A stretch of DNA of 64,000 nt from Centroscyllium fabricii (Eukaryota), in NCBI GenBank assembly GCA_051313645.2, contig JBNRSN020000017.1, positions 1,488,001 to 1,552,000 of the forward strand, given 5' to 3'. The notes beneath the pieces were generated by a model. The model saw only the letters and a list, made by a program, of their open reading frames with translations. It ran no database searches and was not told where the DNA came from. The first letter of the stretch is position 1, and each line of letters starts with the position of its first letter. Position numbers and translations under genes: made by a program. Shown here one piece after another: positions 1-12,080 of this stretch.

Positions 1-196
1 TGATAAAGCCCCAGGGCCGGATAATCTACATCCTAGGGTACTTAAGGAAGTGGCCCCAGAAATAGTAGATGCATTGCTGGTCATCTTCCAAAATTAAATA
101 GACTCTGGAACAGTACCCATGGATTGGAGGGTAGCTAATGTTACCCCACTATTCAAAAAGGGTGGTAGAGAGAAAGCGGGGAATTACAGACTGGTA
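1..196 (+). mobile_element. CR1 LINE copy 1, ORF2 segment left of the Rex1 insertion
   Basis: Translates as KAPGPDNLHPRVLKEVAPEIVDALL...DWRVANVTPLFKKGGREKAGNYR. Nearly identical to the reverse complement of 13075-13265, and continues in register at 1785. Confidence 0.9.
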
Positions 197-1784
197 CAAG
201 ATACAAGATCCTTTATTTGCCATATGTAACTAGTACAATGGAATGCTTACTCTCCCCGTTCACTCCCACACTTATAGATGAAGAAAAGCACGAGTAAAAA
301 GTAAGAACAAGTGTAAATATAAAAAACAATTAATAGTCAATAAACAGATAATAACAATTGCCGTTAGCCGTTCAGTAGGCGCACTGCCTGTGGATAAAAA
401 CTGTTTTTAAATCTGCTGGTCCTGGTTCGAATGCTACGGTACCGACGGCCAGATCGCAGGAGGGAAAACAGATCGTGCCCAGGGTGGTTGGGGTCTTTAA
501 TAATAGCACGGGCCTTGTTCCGACATCTAGTCTGGAAAATCTCTTCAATGGCTGGGAGTGTACACCTAATAATTTTTTCTGCCGTCCTCACAACCCTCTG
601 GATGGCTTTCCTGTCCTGAGCAGTGGTGTTGCCATACCACACAGTGACGCCACCTGACAAGACGCCCTCTATGGTTCCGCGGTAAAAGTTTACAAGCCAT
701 TTTGTGCTTATGCCACATTTCCTCAGGCACCGCAGGGGGTAGAGGCGCTGGTGTGCCTTCTTCAGCATTTCCTTGGTGTTATAATTCCAAGTCAGATCAT
801 CAGAGATCTGCAGACCTAGGAACCGAAAGCAGCTGACTCTTTCTACCGGTACCCCGCCTATTGTGATTGGTAGGTGGTTCTTTTGATGGCGTCTAAAGTC
901 CACGATGAGTTCCTTCGTCTTGCTGACGTTCAGGGCAAGATTATTTTCCTTGCACCATCCCATCAGCTGAACTATCTCATCCCTGTACTCTGTCTCGTCC
1001 TCATTACTGATCAGGGCAATTACCGTGGTGTCATCGGTGAACTTTATTATTCGGTTGTTGCTGTGTTGGGCTGTACAATCGTGTGTGAACAGAGAGTACA
1101 GCCGAGGACTGAGGCAACAGCCCTGTGGCGTTCCGGTATTGAGGACCAGTGTGGAGGAGATGTTGTTCCCAATTCTCACCCTTTGAGGCCTACCAGTCAG
1201 GAAGTCCAGAATCCAGTTGCAAATGGGGGTGCCCAGACCTAAGTCCTTCAGTTTCAGGATTAGCTTAGAGGGGACGATAGTATTAAAAGCAGAGCTGTAG
1301 TCGATAAACAACAGTCTAGCATAAGTCTCCCTTTTATCCAGATGTTCTAGGACAGTGTGCAGTGCTAGGGAGATTGCGTCGTCCACAGACCTGTTCGCCC
1401 TGTATGCAAACTGGAACGGATCCAAGGACTCAGGGATAATGCTGTTTATATGCGTCACCACCAGCCTTTCCAGGCACTTCATGGCTATAGATGTCAGGGC
1501 TACCGGTCGATAGTCATTAAGACCCGTTATCTTGGTCTTCTTTGGCAGCGGCACAATGGTTGTCTCCTTAAAACACACTGGCACGACAGACTGCTGCAGC
1601 GAGATATTGAAAATGTCTGTGAACACCGGTGCCAGCTGGTCCGCACATGTCTTAAAGATGCGGGATGGAACTCCGTCTGGACCGGCTGCCTTTCGTGCCT
1701 TCACCCTCCTGAATGTTTTGCAGACCTCGGACTCAGTCACCTGTAGTCTGTAGTCCTCTGGGTGACAAGGGTTTTTTTTGGCCT
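197..1784 (-). mobile_element. Rex1/Babar non-LTR retrotransposon, 5'-truncated, inserted into CR1
   Basis: RT ORF with KAAGPDGV, NDYRPVALTS, LDPFQFAYR, GTPQGCCLSP, KFTDDTTV and C-terminal RTSRFKNSFYPQAVRLLN. The minus-strand 3' end is AATAAA followed by a TCTTG-type tail at about 197-216. Confidence 0.88.
364..1784 (-). CDS. Rex1/Babar reverse transcriptase (uninterrupted C-terminal ~470 aa, no endonuclease)
   Basis: Track ORF 364..1821. Its first ~12 codons come from antisense CR1, so the ATG is not native. The catalytic motif reads FTDD. Confidence 0.8.
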
Positions 1785-3161
1785 GCCTGACATCGGTGGT
1801 GGGGAAAACGCTAGAGTCCATTATAAAGGATGTAATAGCTGAGCACTTGGAAAACTGACAGGATCGGACAAAGTCAACATGGATTTACAAAAGGTAAATC
1901 GTGCTTGACTAATCTGGAATTTTTTGAGGATGTAACTGGTAAAATAGATAAGGGAGAACCAGTGGATGTGGTGTACTTGGACTTTCAGAAGGCTTTCGAT
2001 AAGGTCCCGCATAAGAGATTAGCATGTAAAGTTAAGGCACGTGGGATTGGGGGCAAGGTACTCACTTGGATAGAGAACTGGTTGGCAGACAGGAAGCAAA
2101 GAGTTAGAATAAATGGCTCTTTTTCCGAGTGGCAGGCAGTGACTAGTGGGGTACCGTTGGGATCGGTCCTTGGACCCCAGCTATTCACAATATATATTAA
2201 TGATCTAGATAAGGGAACTAGATGTAATATCTCCAAGTTTGCAGACGACACAAAGCTGGGTGGGCGTGTGTGCTGTGAGGAGGATGCCAAGAAACTCCAG
2301 TATGATTTGGACAGGTGGGGTGATTGGGCAGAAGCATGGCAGATGCAATATAACGTGGATAAATGCGAGGTTATCCACTTTGGTGTCAAAAACAAGAAGG
2401 CAGATTATTATCTGAATGGCAATAGATTGGGAGAAGGGGAAATGCAACGAGACCTGGGCGTCCTTGTGCACCAGTCGCTGAAGGTAAGCATGCAGGTGCA
2501 GCAGGCGGTCAAGAAGGCAAATGGTATGTTGGCCTTTGTAGCGAGAGGGTTTGAGTACAGGAACAAGGATGTTTTGCTGCAGTTGTGCAGGGCCTTCATA
2601 AGACCACACCATGAGTATTGTGTGCAGTTTTGGTCGCCTTATCTAAGGAAGGATGTTCTTGCCATGGAGGGAGTGCAGCAAAAATTCACCAGGCTGATGC
2701 CTGAGATGGCAGGAGTGACTTATGAGGAGAGATTGGGTCGATTGGGCTTGTACTCGCTGGAGTTTAGAAGAATGAGAGGGGATCTCATTGAAACTTATAA
2801 AATTCTAACAGGTCTGGACAGACTAGTTGCAGGAAGGATGTTCCCGATGGTCGGGGAGTCCAGAACCAGGGGTCACAGTCTAAGAATAAGGGGAAAGGCA
2901 TTCAGGACAGAGATGAGGAGGAATTTCTTCACCCAGAGAGTGGTGAACCTGTGGAATTCTCTACCACAGAAGGCAGTAGAGGCCAATTAATTAAATATAT
3001 TCAAGAAGGAGTTGGATATATTTTTTAAGGCTAAAGGAATCAAGGGATATGGGGAGAAAGCAGGGACAGGGTACTGAATTAAATGATCAACCATGATCGC
3101 ATTGAATGGCGGAGCAGGCTCGAGGGGCCGAATGGCCTGTTCCTATCTTCTATGTTTCTAT
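1785..3161 (+). mobile_element. CR1 LINE copy 1, RT, 3' UTR and tail
   Basis: ORF 1905..2990 has YLDFQKAFDKVPH, SGVPLGSVLGP, SKFADDTKL and FFTQRVVNLWNSLP. The 3' end is GGCCGAATGGCC...TTCTATGTTTCTAT. There is an in-frame TGA near 1856. Confidence 0.92.
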
Positions 3162-3744
3162 ACAACAAAGGCTATGGGCCCCGACAACATCCCGGCTATC
3201 ATGCTGAAGAATTGTGCTCCAGAACTAGCCGCGCCTCTAGCCAAGCTGTTCCAGTACAGCTACAACACTGGCATCTATCCGACAATGTGGAAAACTGCCC
3301 AGGTATGTCCGGTCCACAAAAAGCAGGACAAATCCAATCCGGCCAATTACTGCCCCATCAGTCTACTCTCAATCATCAGCTAAGTGATGGAAGGAGTTGT
3401 CGACAGTGCTATCAAGCGGCACTTACTCATCAATAACTTACTCACCAACAACCTGCTCACTGATGCCCAGTTTGGGTTCTGCCAGGACCACTCGGCTCCC
3501 GGCCTCATTACAGCCTTGGTCCAAACATGGACAAAGGAGCTGAATTCCAGAGGTGAGGTGAGAGTGACTACCCTGACATCAAGGCAGCATTTGACCAAGT
3601 GTGGCATCAAGGAACCCGAGTGAAACTGGAATCGGGGCGGGGAGGAAACTCTCCACTGGATGGAGTCATACCTAGCATAAAGGAAGGTGGTTGTGGTGGT
3701 TGGAGGTCAATCAACACAGCCCTAGGGCACCACTGTAGGAGTTC
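3162..3744 (+). mobile_element. Older CR1/L2-group LINE (family B), piece 1 of 4
   Basis: KAMGPDNIPA...LAKLFQYSYNTGIYPTMWK...NYCPISLLS...DAQFGF with stops and frameshifts. Ends at ...GGAGTTC, just before the PQGSVLGP motif that resumes at 12010. Confidence 0.8.
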
Positions 3745-4520
3745 ATAGAGTCATAGATGGAGTTATACAGCACAGAAAGAGGCTCTTCAGCCCATCGTGT
3801 CCACGCCGGCCACCAAGTCCTGACTATGCTAATCCCATTTTCCAGCACTTGGTTCGTAGCCTTGTATGCTGTGGCATTTCAAGTGTTCATCTAAATGCTT
3901 CTTGAATGTTGTGAGGGTTCCTGCCTCTACCACCCTTTCAGGCAGTGAGTTCCAGACTCCAACCACCCTCTGGGTGAAAAAGTTTTTCCTCAAATCCCCT
4001 CTAAATCTCCTGCCCTTAGCTTGAAACTGTGCCCCCTGGTTATTGACCCCGCTACTAAGGGGAAAAGTTCCTTTCTATCTACCCTATCTATACCCCTCAT
4101 AATTTTGTACACCTCAATCCGGTCCCCCTCAGCCTTCTCTACTCCAAGGAAAACAACCCCAGCCTGTCCCGTCTTTCTTCATAGCTGAAGTGCTGCAGCC
4201 CAGGTAACATCCTGGTGAATCTCCTCGGCACCCTCTCCAATGCAGTCACATCCTTCCTATAGTGTGGTGGCCAGAACTGCACACACTACTCCAGCTGTGG
4301 CCTTACCAGCGTTTTGTACAGCTCCATCATAACCTCCCTTATATTCTATGCCTTGGCTAATGAAGGCAAGTATCCCATATGCCTTTTTAACTACCTTATC
4401 TACCTGTTGTGCTGCCTTCAGGGATCTATGTACATGTACACCAAGGTTCCTCTGTCCTTCCTAGGGTCCTACCATTCATTGTGTATTCCCTTGCCTTGCT
4501 CGTCCTCCCAAAATGCATCA

Positions 4521-4714
4521 TGTTATGTCTCAAGGAGTCTTAACCCTTACTTAAATAACTATTAAGAAAGGGCTAGGCTGCTGTGTTTATCGAACGCCAT
4601 TTTATTTACAATGTGCTTAGAAGAGTTTTAGTATGACATTTCCCACCGTGCCTTGCAAATCATTTTATGGTGTCCCATAGGAACAATTCTCATACACACT
4701 CAAAATACACAACA
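4521..4714 (-). repeat. 3' LTR of the Gypsy element
   Basis: Direct repeat of 8957-9150 with TG...CA termini. Confidence 0.93.
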
Positions 4715-4726
4715 TATTCCTCCCCT
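4715..4726 (-). other. Polypurine tract
   Basis: AGGGGAGGAATA on the minus strand, immediately before the 3' LTR. Confidence 0.8.
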
Positions 4727-4849
4727 TTAAAATAGAATGTCCACAAAACAGAATAACTGAAAATGACTATAACTTTGGAAGAGAGGGTAGACTGCCTCTA
4801 CATTCCGCTAACCCTGGGGATTATTCTGCCCCAAGCACACAGGTTAGCA

Positions 4850-7377
4850 CTAACTGTAACTAAGGCACTCTGGAGGCTGCCTTTCTCTTTGGGGGTAACG
4901 CCTAGTCTCAGGAGCAGGCTCTGGCTGGCTCTCCCGTGACCCTGCAGGCATGGTTTCCTCCCTCGATGGCACAAGAGTGGATGGTGCCACCGTCTCAGGG
5001 TCAGACGGCCAGTCCCTGCTGGAGCCCCCAGCAGGTCCTTGATCCTCTGTTTCTTGGGTTCCCTGTGGCGACTGTCTTGGCAGTAACTGGTCTCCATGCC
5101 ATCTCCATGTTCGGTCGTGTCCGGTGTGGACTCGGTATGAAATGGGGCCCGTCTTTTGAATGACCGTAGCTAGGACCCACCGCTCCGGGGTGGTGTAGTT
5201 ACGCGCGAGGACTGTGCCCTGAACCACAAAGTGTCGTTCTTTGGACCTCTGAGCTTGTCTGCTGACTTGATCCTGCTGATTGGCGTGCACCACTGCTTCT
5301 GTGGACGTTGGCCTCAGCAGGTCAAGGCGTGTCCGTAGCTGCCTTCCCATGAGTAGGTAAGCAGGAGATGCTCCAGTCGTAGCATGAGGCGTGTTTCGGT
5401 ATTTCAGCAAGAAAGCATTCAGGCGCTGCTTTAGTGGACTTGCAGCTTTCAACGCGCGTTTCAGCGTTCTGACAAATCTCTCTGCCAATCCATTCGTAGA
5501 TGAGTGATAGGGCGCGAAGAACGTGTGCTGGATTCCATTGCTCGAGGAACTCCTCCATCTCCCGGGATGTGAACTGTGTTCCATTGTCAGTTACGATCTG
5601 CTCCGGCAGACCAAATCGCCCGAACATCTCTCTGAGTCTTGATGGTTTTCTCTGTAGTGGTAGTGGACATTACTGCAACCTCCGGCCATTTGTAATGGGA
5701 GTCCACCGCAACCAGGAACATCGCTCCTTCTACTGGTCCCGCGAAGTCCAGATGGATCCGTTGCCACGGTGTCGCTGGCCATTCCCATGGATGCAGTGGC
5801 GCTGCTCTTGGCGTATCCCTGGTTGTCTCGCATGATGACCATGATTTCGCTTCAACTTCAATTTCCTGATCCAGACCGGGCCACCAGAAGTAGCTTCGTA
5901 CCAGCTCCTTCATCCGGACAATACCACAATGACCTGAGTGCAGCTCATTGAGGACCTGTTTCCGCAGCTTTGGTGGTATGATCACTCCCATACCCCAAAG
6001 GAGGCATCCTGACGTGACAGACAACTCCTTCCCTCTTGACAGGTAAGGTAGGAGCTCAGGTGGTGCGTCTGATACACATGATCCGTCTCCTCGCGTCACC
6101 CGATCCAGCACCTTGGATAGTGTAGGGTCCACTCTGGTCTCTTTCTTGACCTGCCGGCCCGTGACAGGGGCATTGCTCACCCTGTCAAAGTAGAAAATCT
6201 TCTGCTCACAGCCTTCAGAGGGCACAGACAGCGGAAGTCTTGACAATCCGTCCGCATTGCCATGTGCTGCTGACCTCCGGTATTTGATGTTGTAATTGTG
6301 AGCGCTTAACATCAGCGCCCAGCGCTGCACCCTGCACGCTGCCAGGGAGGGTATTCCTGTGTGTGGACCAAAGATCAATGTCCGAGGACGATGATCCGTC
6401 AGCAAGGTGAATTTCCTTCTGAACAAGTAGTGATGGAACTTTTTGATTCCAAAGATGATGCCCAAAGCCTCCTTTTCGATCTGCGGGTATTTCACCTCCG
6501 CCTTGCTCGGCGACCTTGACGCGAATGCAATCGTCTTCTCTTCGCCTGAGGGAAAGATGTGGGACACGACAGCGCCGACGCCATAAGGCGACACGTCACA
6601 GGCCAGCTGAATCTGCAACGACGGGTCAAAGTGCGTCAACACTCTGGGGTCAGTCAAAGCTGCTTTGGCTTTCTTGAATGCAGCTTCGCACTCCTTTGTC
6701 CACGCCCAGGCCTTGCCCTGACACAGCAACTCATGTAATGGCTTCAACAGTGACGCCAGCTGTGGAATAAACTTTCCGTAATAGTTCAGGAGACCTAAGA
6801 ATGACCGCAGCTGGCCGACATTTGTAGGTGCAGGAGCGTTGGCAATGGCTTTCACTTTCGACGGTGCTGTGTGTAGGTCGTCCGCGTCGATCACGTGGCC
6901 TAGGTACTCCACTGATGGCTTGAAAAATTCGCATTTGTCCTTGCGAACGCGTAAGCCATATTCTTCAAATCTTCCCAGGGTCGTCTTCAGGTGCGGCAGA
7001 TGCTCGGTGTCGTCCTTTCCGGTAACAAGGATATTGTCGCGATAACATTGTATCCCTGGAATGCCGCTTAAGATCTGGTCCATAGCCCGCTGAAACAATG
7101 CTGGTGCTGACGTTATACCAAAGGGTAGGCGGCGGTACCTGTAGAGGCCCTTGTGGGTGGTGATGGTGAGGTACTTCTGTGAGTCCTCTTCTACATGCAT
7201 CTGCAAGTAGGCTTGGCATAGATCAACCTTGCTAAACTTCTGACCGCCTGCTAGACCCACGAAAAGATCTTCAATGATGGGGAGGGGGTTCTGTTCCGCT
7301 GAGAGCACAAGATTCACTGTTACTTTAAAATCTCCGCATAAGCGAACCGCACCGTCACTCTTCATCACTGGTACCAC
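4850..7377 (-). pseudogene. Gypsy pol (RT, RNase H, integrase), frameshifted
   Basis: RLCGDFK, LPFGITSAP, a degenerate YxDD (YRDN), LACDVS, TDHRP, LHSGH, IHLDFAGP, VTDNGTQF and NGLAERFV are spread over ORFs 5587..7377, 5322..5627 and 4850..5584. Confidence 0.9.
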
Positions 7378-7492
7378 GGGCGTGGCCCACTCACTGCGAA
7401 ACCGGCACCAGGACCCCTATCTTGACCAGACACTCTAGGGCAGCCTCCACCTTTGGTCTGAGGTCGTAGGGAACATTCTTGGCCTTCAGGAA

Positions 7493-8748
7493 TCATGGCT
7501 GGCTGTCAGACTTCACCTTGAGTTTGACCGTAATCCCCTTCATACTCCCCAATTCTCCGTCAAAGACAGCCGCATGATTTGTCAACACTGCTGCTAGCCC
7601 CGCCTCTTCGACTGACACCACATTCACTTTGTTCCAATCCAGATGAATTTTCTCCAACCATGGCCTGCCCATCAGGGATGGATAGTCACCCTTGACCACG
7701 TAAACTGGCAGCATCACGGTTTGTCCATTAAACTCCACCTTGACCTCCGTCTTACCCAGCACTGGGACTGTTTCCCCAGTGTAGGTCTTTATGAGCCTGG
7801 CCAGCATCAGTGATAGGTGGTTCAGGTTTGTTTTGAATAGCTTCTCTGAAATCAAGGAGACAGCGGCCCCCGTATCCAGCTCCATTTTGATCGGTATTCC
7901 CTCTAGTAGTGGAGTGACTCCATAGCCTGATGAGCCTCCATTCACCGTTAACACATGGAGATTCCGCTCCCCATCAGAGTCTGTGTCACTGTCTTCCTGT
8001 TCTTGTTTCACCATGTGTAGGTTTTTCTTTTTGGAACGCCAGTTGGATGTGTTCCCTTGTTTGTTTTGTCTATTACACGCACGTTGAATGTGTCTTTTCT
8101 TTTCACATTTCCGACAGGTCAGGTCTTTACACCAGCAGGCCGATGGCTGATGACCTGACCTTCCACATCTGTAACACCCTCTGTCCCCCCTTTCATGCTT
8201 ATCCGGTGTAGCTGTTACCTTGTACATTCAGCCCCCAATAGCTTTACATCTTTAGTTGCTAACTCCATAGACACAGTGAGCTCCGTTGCTGATTTAAGCG
8301 TCAGTTTGTCAGCCGTGAACAAGCGCCTCTGTGTTGCTTCACATCTTAATCCACACACAAACCTATCACGGACTGTGTCATTTAGAGTTTCACCAAACTC
8401 ACAATGCTCAGTTAGCTTCTTTAGCACTGCAATATATTCGGCTATGGACTCACCCTCCCCTTGGTTTCGTTTGTGAAACCTGAACCTCTCGGCAATCAGC
8501 AGCGGCTTGGGTGTGAAATGTGTTTCCAAAACTTCCACAATCTGATCATATGTCTTAGCGCCGGGCTTATCCGGGTGCATCAAATTCCGTAACAAGCCAA
8601 ATGTTTTTGCTCCGATTATACTGAGGAATGTTGCCACTTTAAGGTCATCTTTAATGCCCTTTGCAGTCACGAAAAATCCAAAACGCTCCGTATAAGCACT
8701 CCATTGCTCCGCCGTTTCATCAAATGCCCCAAATGCTCCGGTTAGCAT
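7493..8748 (-). pseudogene. Gypsy gag (two CCHC knuckles) and aspartic protease
   Basis: Gag 8215..8748 (AERFRFHKRNQ, RDRFVCGL), then CYRCGRSGHQPSAC, CRKCEKKRHIQRAC and LDTGA in 7493..8227, with a frameshift near 8220. Confidence 0.88.
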
Positions 8749-8938
8749 AGCCAGTTTTGTTTTCTACAGTCCTTTTTTCCCCCTTCGTTTCACTGTGTCG
8801 TTACTCTCCCCCTTCTTGTTTGTGTAACACACGAACCTCTACCTTTGAGGCAATTGCATCAGCACTAAACTGCTTACTTTAAACTTCTTACTTTAAACAT
8901 CGCCGATTCCAGTGCAAAGTGATGCGCAAGTCCATTGT

Positions 8939-8952
8939 CATCCTCGTCGCCA
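8939..8952 (-). other. Primer binding site complementary to the tRNA-Ser(GCT) 3' end
   Basis: The + strand CATCCTCGTCGCCA matches the recalled vertebrate tRNA-Ser(GCT) 3' end plus CCA. It lies 4 nt from the 5' LTR. Confidence 0.8.
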
Positions 8953-8956
8953 GTTT

Positions 8957-9150
8957 TGTGTTATCTCAAGGAGTCTTAACCCTTACTTAAATAACTATTA
9001 AGAAAGGACTAGGCTGCTGTGTTTTAAACGAACGCCATTTTATTAATAATGTGCTTAGAAGAGTTTTAGTACTACATTTCCCACAGTGCCTCGCAAATCA
9101 TTCTACGGTGTCCCATAGGAACAATTCTCATACACTCAAAATACACAACA
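8957..9150 (-). repeat. 5' LTR of the Gypsy element
   Basis: Direct repeat of 4521-4714, adjacent to the PBS. Confidence 0.93.
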
Positions 9151-12009
9151 CATCACCTCACATTTTTCAGGGTTAAATTCCATTTGCCACTGTTCTGCCC
9201 ATCTGACCAACCCGTCTATATCGTCCTGTAGCCTGAGGCTTCCCTCCTCGCTATTTACTATCCCAACAAATTTCGTGTCATCTGCGAACTGACTGATCAT
9301 ACCTCCTACATTCATATCTAAATCATTAATGTAGACTACAAACAGCAAGGGACCCAGCACCGATCCCTGCGGTACCCCACTGGACACAGGCTTCCAGTCA
9401 CAAAAACAACCTTCGACCATCACCCTCTGCTTCCTGCCACTAAGACAATTTTGGATCCAATGTGCCAAGTTGCCCTGAATCCCATGAGCTCTTACCTTCT
9501 TGATCAGTCTCCCATGCAGGACTTTGTCAAAAGCCTTACTGAAGTCCATGTAGACTACATCAACTGCACTACCCTCATCCACACACTTAGTCATCCCCCC
9601 TCAAAATTCAGTCAAATTGGTCAGATATGATCTCCCCCTGACAAAGCCATGCTGACAATCCTTGATTAATCCGTGCCTCTCCAAGTGGAGACTAATTCTG
9701 TCCTTCAGAATTTTTTCTTGTAATTTCCCTACCACTGATGTTGGGTTTACTGGCCTGTAATTCCCTGGTTTATCCCTACTACCCTTCTTGAATAATGGTA
9801 CTACGTTGGCTGTTCTCCAGTCCTCCGAGACATCCCCTGGGGTCAGAGAGGTTCTGAAAATTTGTGTCAGAGCCCCTGCAATCTCTTCCCTTGCCTCACA
9901 CAGCAGCCTGAGATACATCTCGACTGGGCCTGGAGATTTATCCACTTTTAAGCCCGCTAAAACCGCTAGTACCTCCTCCCTCTCAATGCTAATATGTTCA
10001 AGTATATCACAATCCCCCTGCCTGATTTCTATGCCTACATCGTCCTTCTCCATCGTGAACACAGATGCAAAATATTCATTTAAAACCTCACCTACATCTT
10101 TTGGCTCTACACACAGATTGCCACTTTGGTCCCTAATGGGCCCTACTCTTTCCCTCGTTATCCTCTTGCCCTTAATATACTTATAAAACACCATGGGTTT
10201 TTCTTTTATTTTGCCCGCCAGTGTTTATTCATGCCCCCTCTTGGCTCTCCTAATTTTTTTTTAAGTACCCCCCCGCACTTTTTATACTCTTCTAGGGGCT
10301 TCCACTGTTTTTAGTCGATTGTATCTGCCAAAAGCCTCCCTTTTTTTCCTAATCCATTCTTGTATATCCCTTGACATCCAGGATTCCCTGGGCTTGTTGG
10401 TCCCACCCTTGACCTTTACGGGAACATGTTTCCCTTGTACTCCCTCTATTTCCTTTCTGAAAGACTCCCATTTGCTCTGATGTGGATTTTCCGACAAGTA
10501 GCTGATCCCAGTCCACTTTGGCCAGATCCTGCCTTATCATATTAAAATCGGCCTTCCCCCAATTTAGAACCTTTATTTCCGGTCCATCTTTGTCCTTTCC
10601 CATGACTACCTTAAATCTCACCGAATTCTGGTCAGTGTCACCAAAATGCTCTCCTACTTACACTTCTACCACTTGCCTGGCCACATTCCCTAGAATTAGG
10701 TCCAGTACCGCCCCCTCTCTTGTTGGACTCTCTACATTCGGCTCAAAAGGCTCTCCTGGATGCACTTTAAGAATTCTGCACCCTCTAAGCCTTTCACACT
10801 CTGACTATCCCAGTTAATATTGGGGAAGTTGAAATCCCCCAATATTATTACCCTATTATTTCCACACTTCTGAGGTTTGCCTACATATCTGTTCCTCTAT
10901 CTCCCCCTGACTGTTTGGGGGCCTTTAGTACACTCCCAGCAAAGTGCTTGCCCCCTTTTTGTTTTTAAATTCTACACATATGGCCTCATTAGAGGAACCT
11001 GCTAAGATATCATCCCTCCTTACAGCAGTAATTGACCCCTTGATTAATATTGCGACACCCCCTCTTTTACTGCCCCCCTCCCCCCGTCTCGCCTGAAGAT
11101 TCTATACCCCGGAATATTGAGCTGCCAGTCCTGCCCCTCCCGCAACCATGTCTCTGTGACAGCAACAATATCATACTCCTGTGTTCATCAACACCTTCAA
11201 TTCATCTGCCTTACTCACAAGACTCCTTGCATTAAAATAAATGCCATCCTGTATTGCCATACTTTCTTGTGCCGTTACATATTTGCTCTGCCTTCCAGGC
11301 TGACTTGTTTTTTCCTCTATATTTGGTTGTGCATCACCCCCTACTATAGCTCCACTCCATATACCATCCCCCTGCCAAGTTAGTTTAAACGCCCCACAGC
11401 AGTACTAGCAAACCTCCCCGCAAGGATGTTGGTCCCGTTCTGGTTCAGGTGCAACCCGTCCGACTTGTACAGGTCCCACCTTCCCCAGAAACAGACCCAG
11501 TGATCCAGGAAACTAAAGCCCTCCCTCCTGCACCAACTCTTTAGCCACGCATTCATCTGCTCTATCCTCCTATTCCTATACTCACTAGCACGTGGCACCG
11601 GGAGTAATCCAGAGATTACAACCTTTGCGGTCCTGCTTTTTAATCTGCTATATATCCCTAAATTCTTGTTGCAGGACCTCATCCCTCTTTCTACCCATGT
11701 CATTGGTACCAATATGAACCACGACCTCTGACTGTTCATCCTCCCCCTTCAGAATGCCCTGCAGCCGTTCAGTGACATCTTTGACCCTGGCACCAGGGAG
11801 CCAACAAACCATCCTGGACCACAGAAACGTCTCTGTTCCGCTTACGATAGAATCCCCTCTCACTATTGCTCTCCCACTCTTTTTCCTCCTCTCCTGTGCA
11901 GCGGAGCCACTCGTAGTGCCACGGACTTGGCTCTTGCTGCATTCCCCTGAGAAACCATCTCCCCCATCAGTATCCAAAACGGAAAATCTGTCAGAGAGGG
12001 AGATGGACC

Positions 12010-12080
12010 CAGGGCAGTGTCGTGTAGGCCCAACCATCTTCAGCTGCTTCATCAATGACCTTCCCTCCAACATAAGCTCA
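12010..12080 (+). mobile_element. Family B LINE, piece 2 of 4
   Basis: CAGGGCAGTGT...GGCCCAACCATCTTCAGCTGCTTCATCAATGACCTTCCC encodes QGSV.GPTIFSCFINDLP and continues piece 1. Confidence 0.78.

Larger units (their letters stand above)
4521..9150 (-). mobile_element. Ty3/Gypsy LTR retrotransposon (Mag-like), full structure, frameshifted
   Basis: Two ~194-bp TG...CA LTRs, a 5-bp TSD CATCA (4516-4520 and 9151-9155), PBS, PPT, and gag-PR-RT-RH-IN domain order. Confidence 0.95.
3745..12009 (-). mobile_element. CR1 LINE copy 2 (ORF1 esterase + APE + RT, decayed), split by the Gypsy insertion at 4521-9150
   Basis: 3' tail at 3745 (ATAGAGTCATAG on +). RT fragments at 9136..10194 (SGVPQGSVLGP, FADD). 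SGNH/GDSL-like ORF1 at 11380-12009 (GDSIV, HIGTND, SDGLHLN). Sequence is contiguous across the CATCA TSD. Confidence 0.88.

Noticed and set aside
11648-12073. 141-aa ORF as a single gene
   Set aside because: Chimera of antisense family B LINE sequence and CR1 ORF1 across the 12009/12010 junction.
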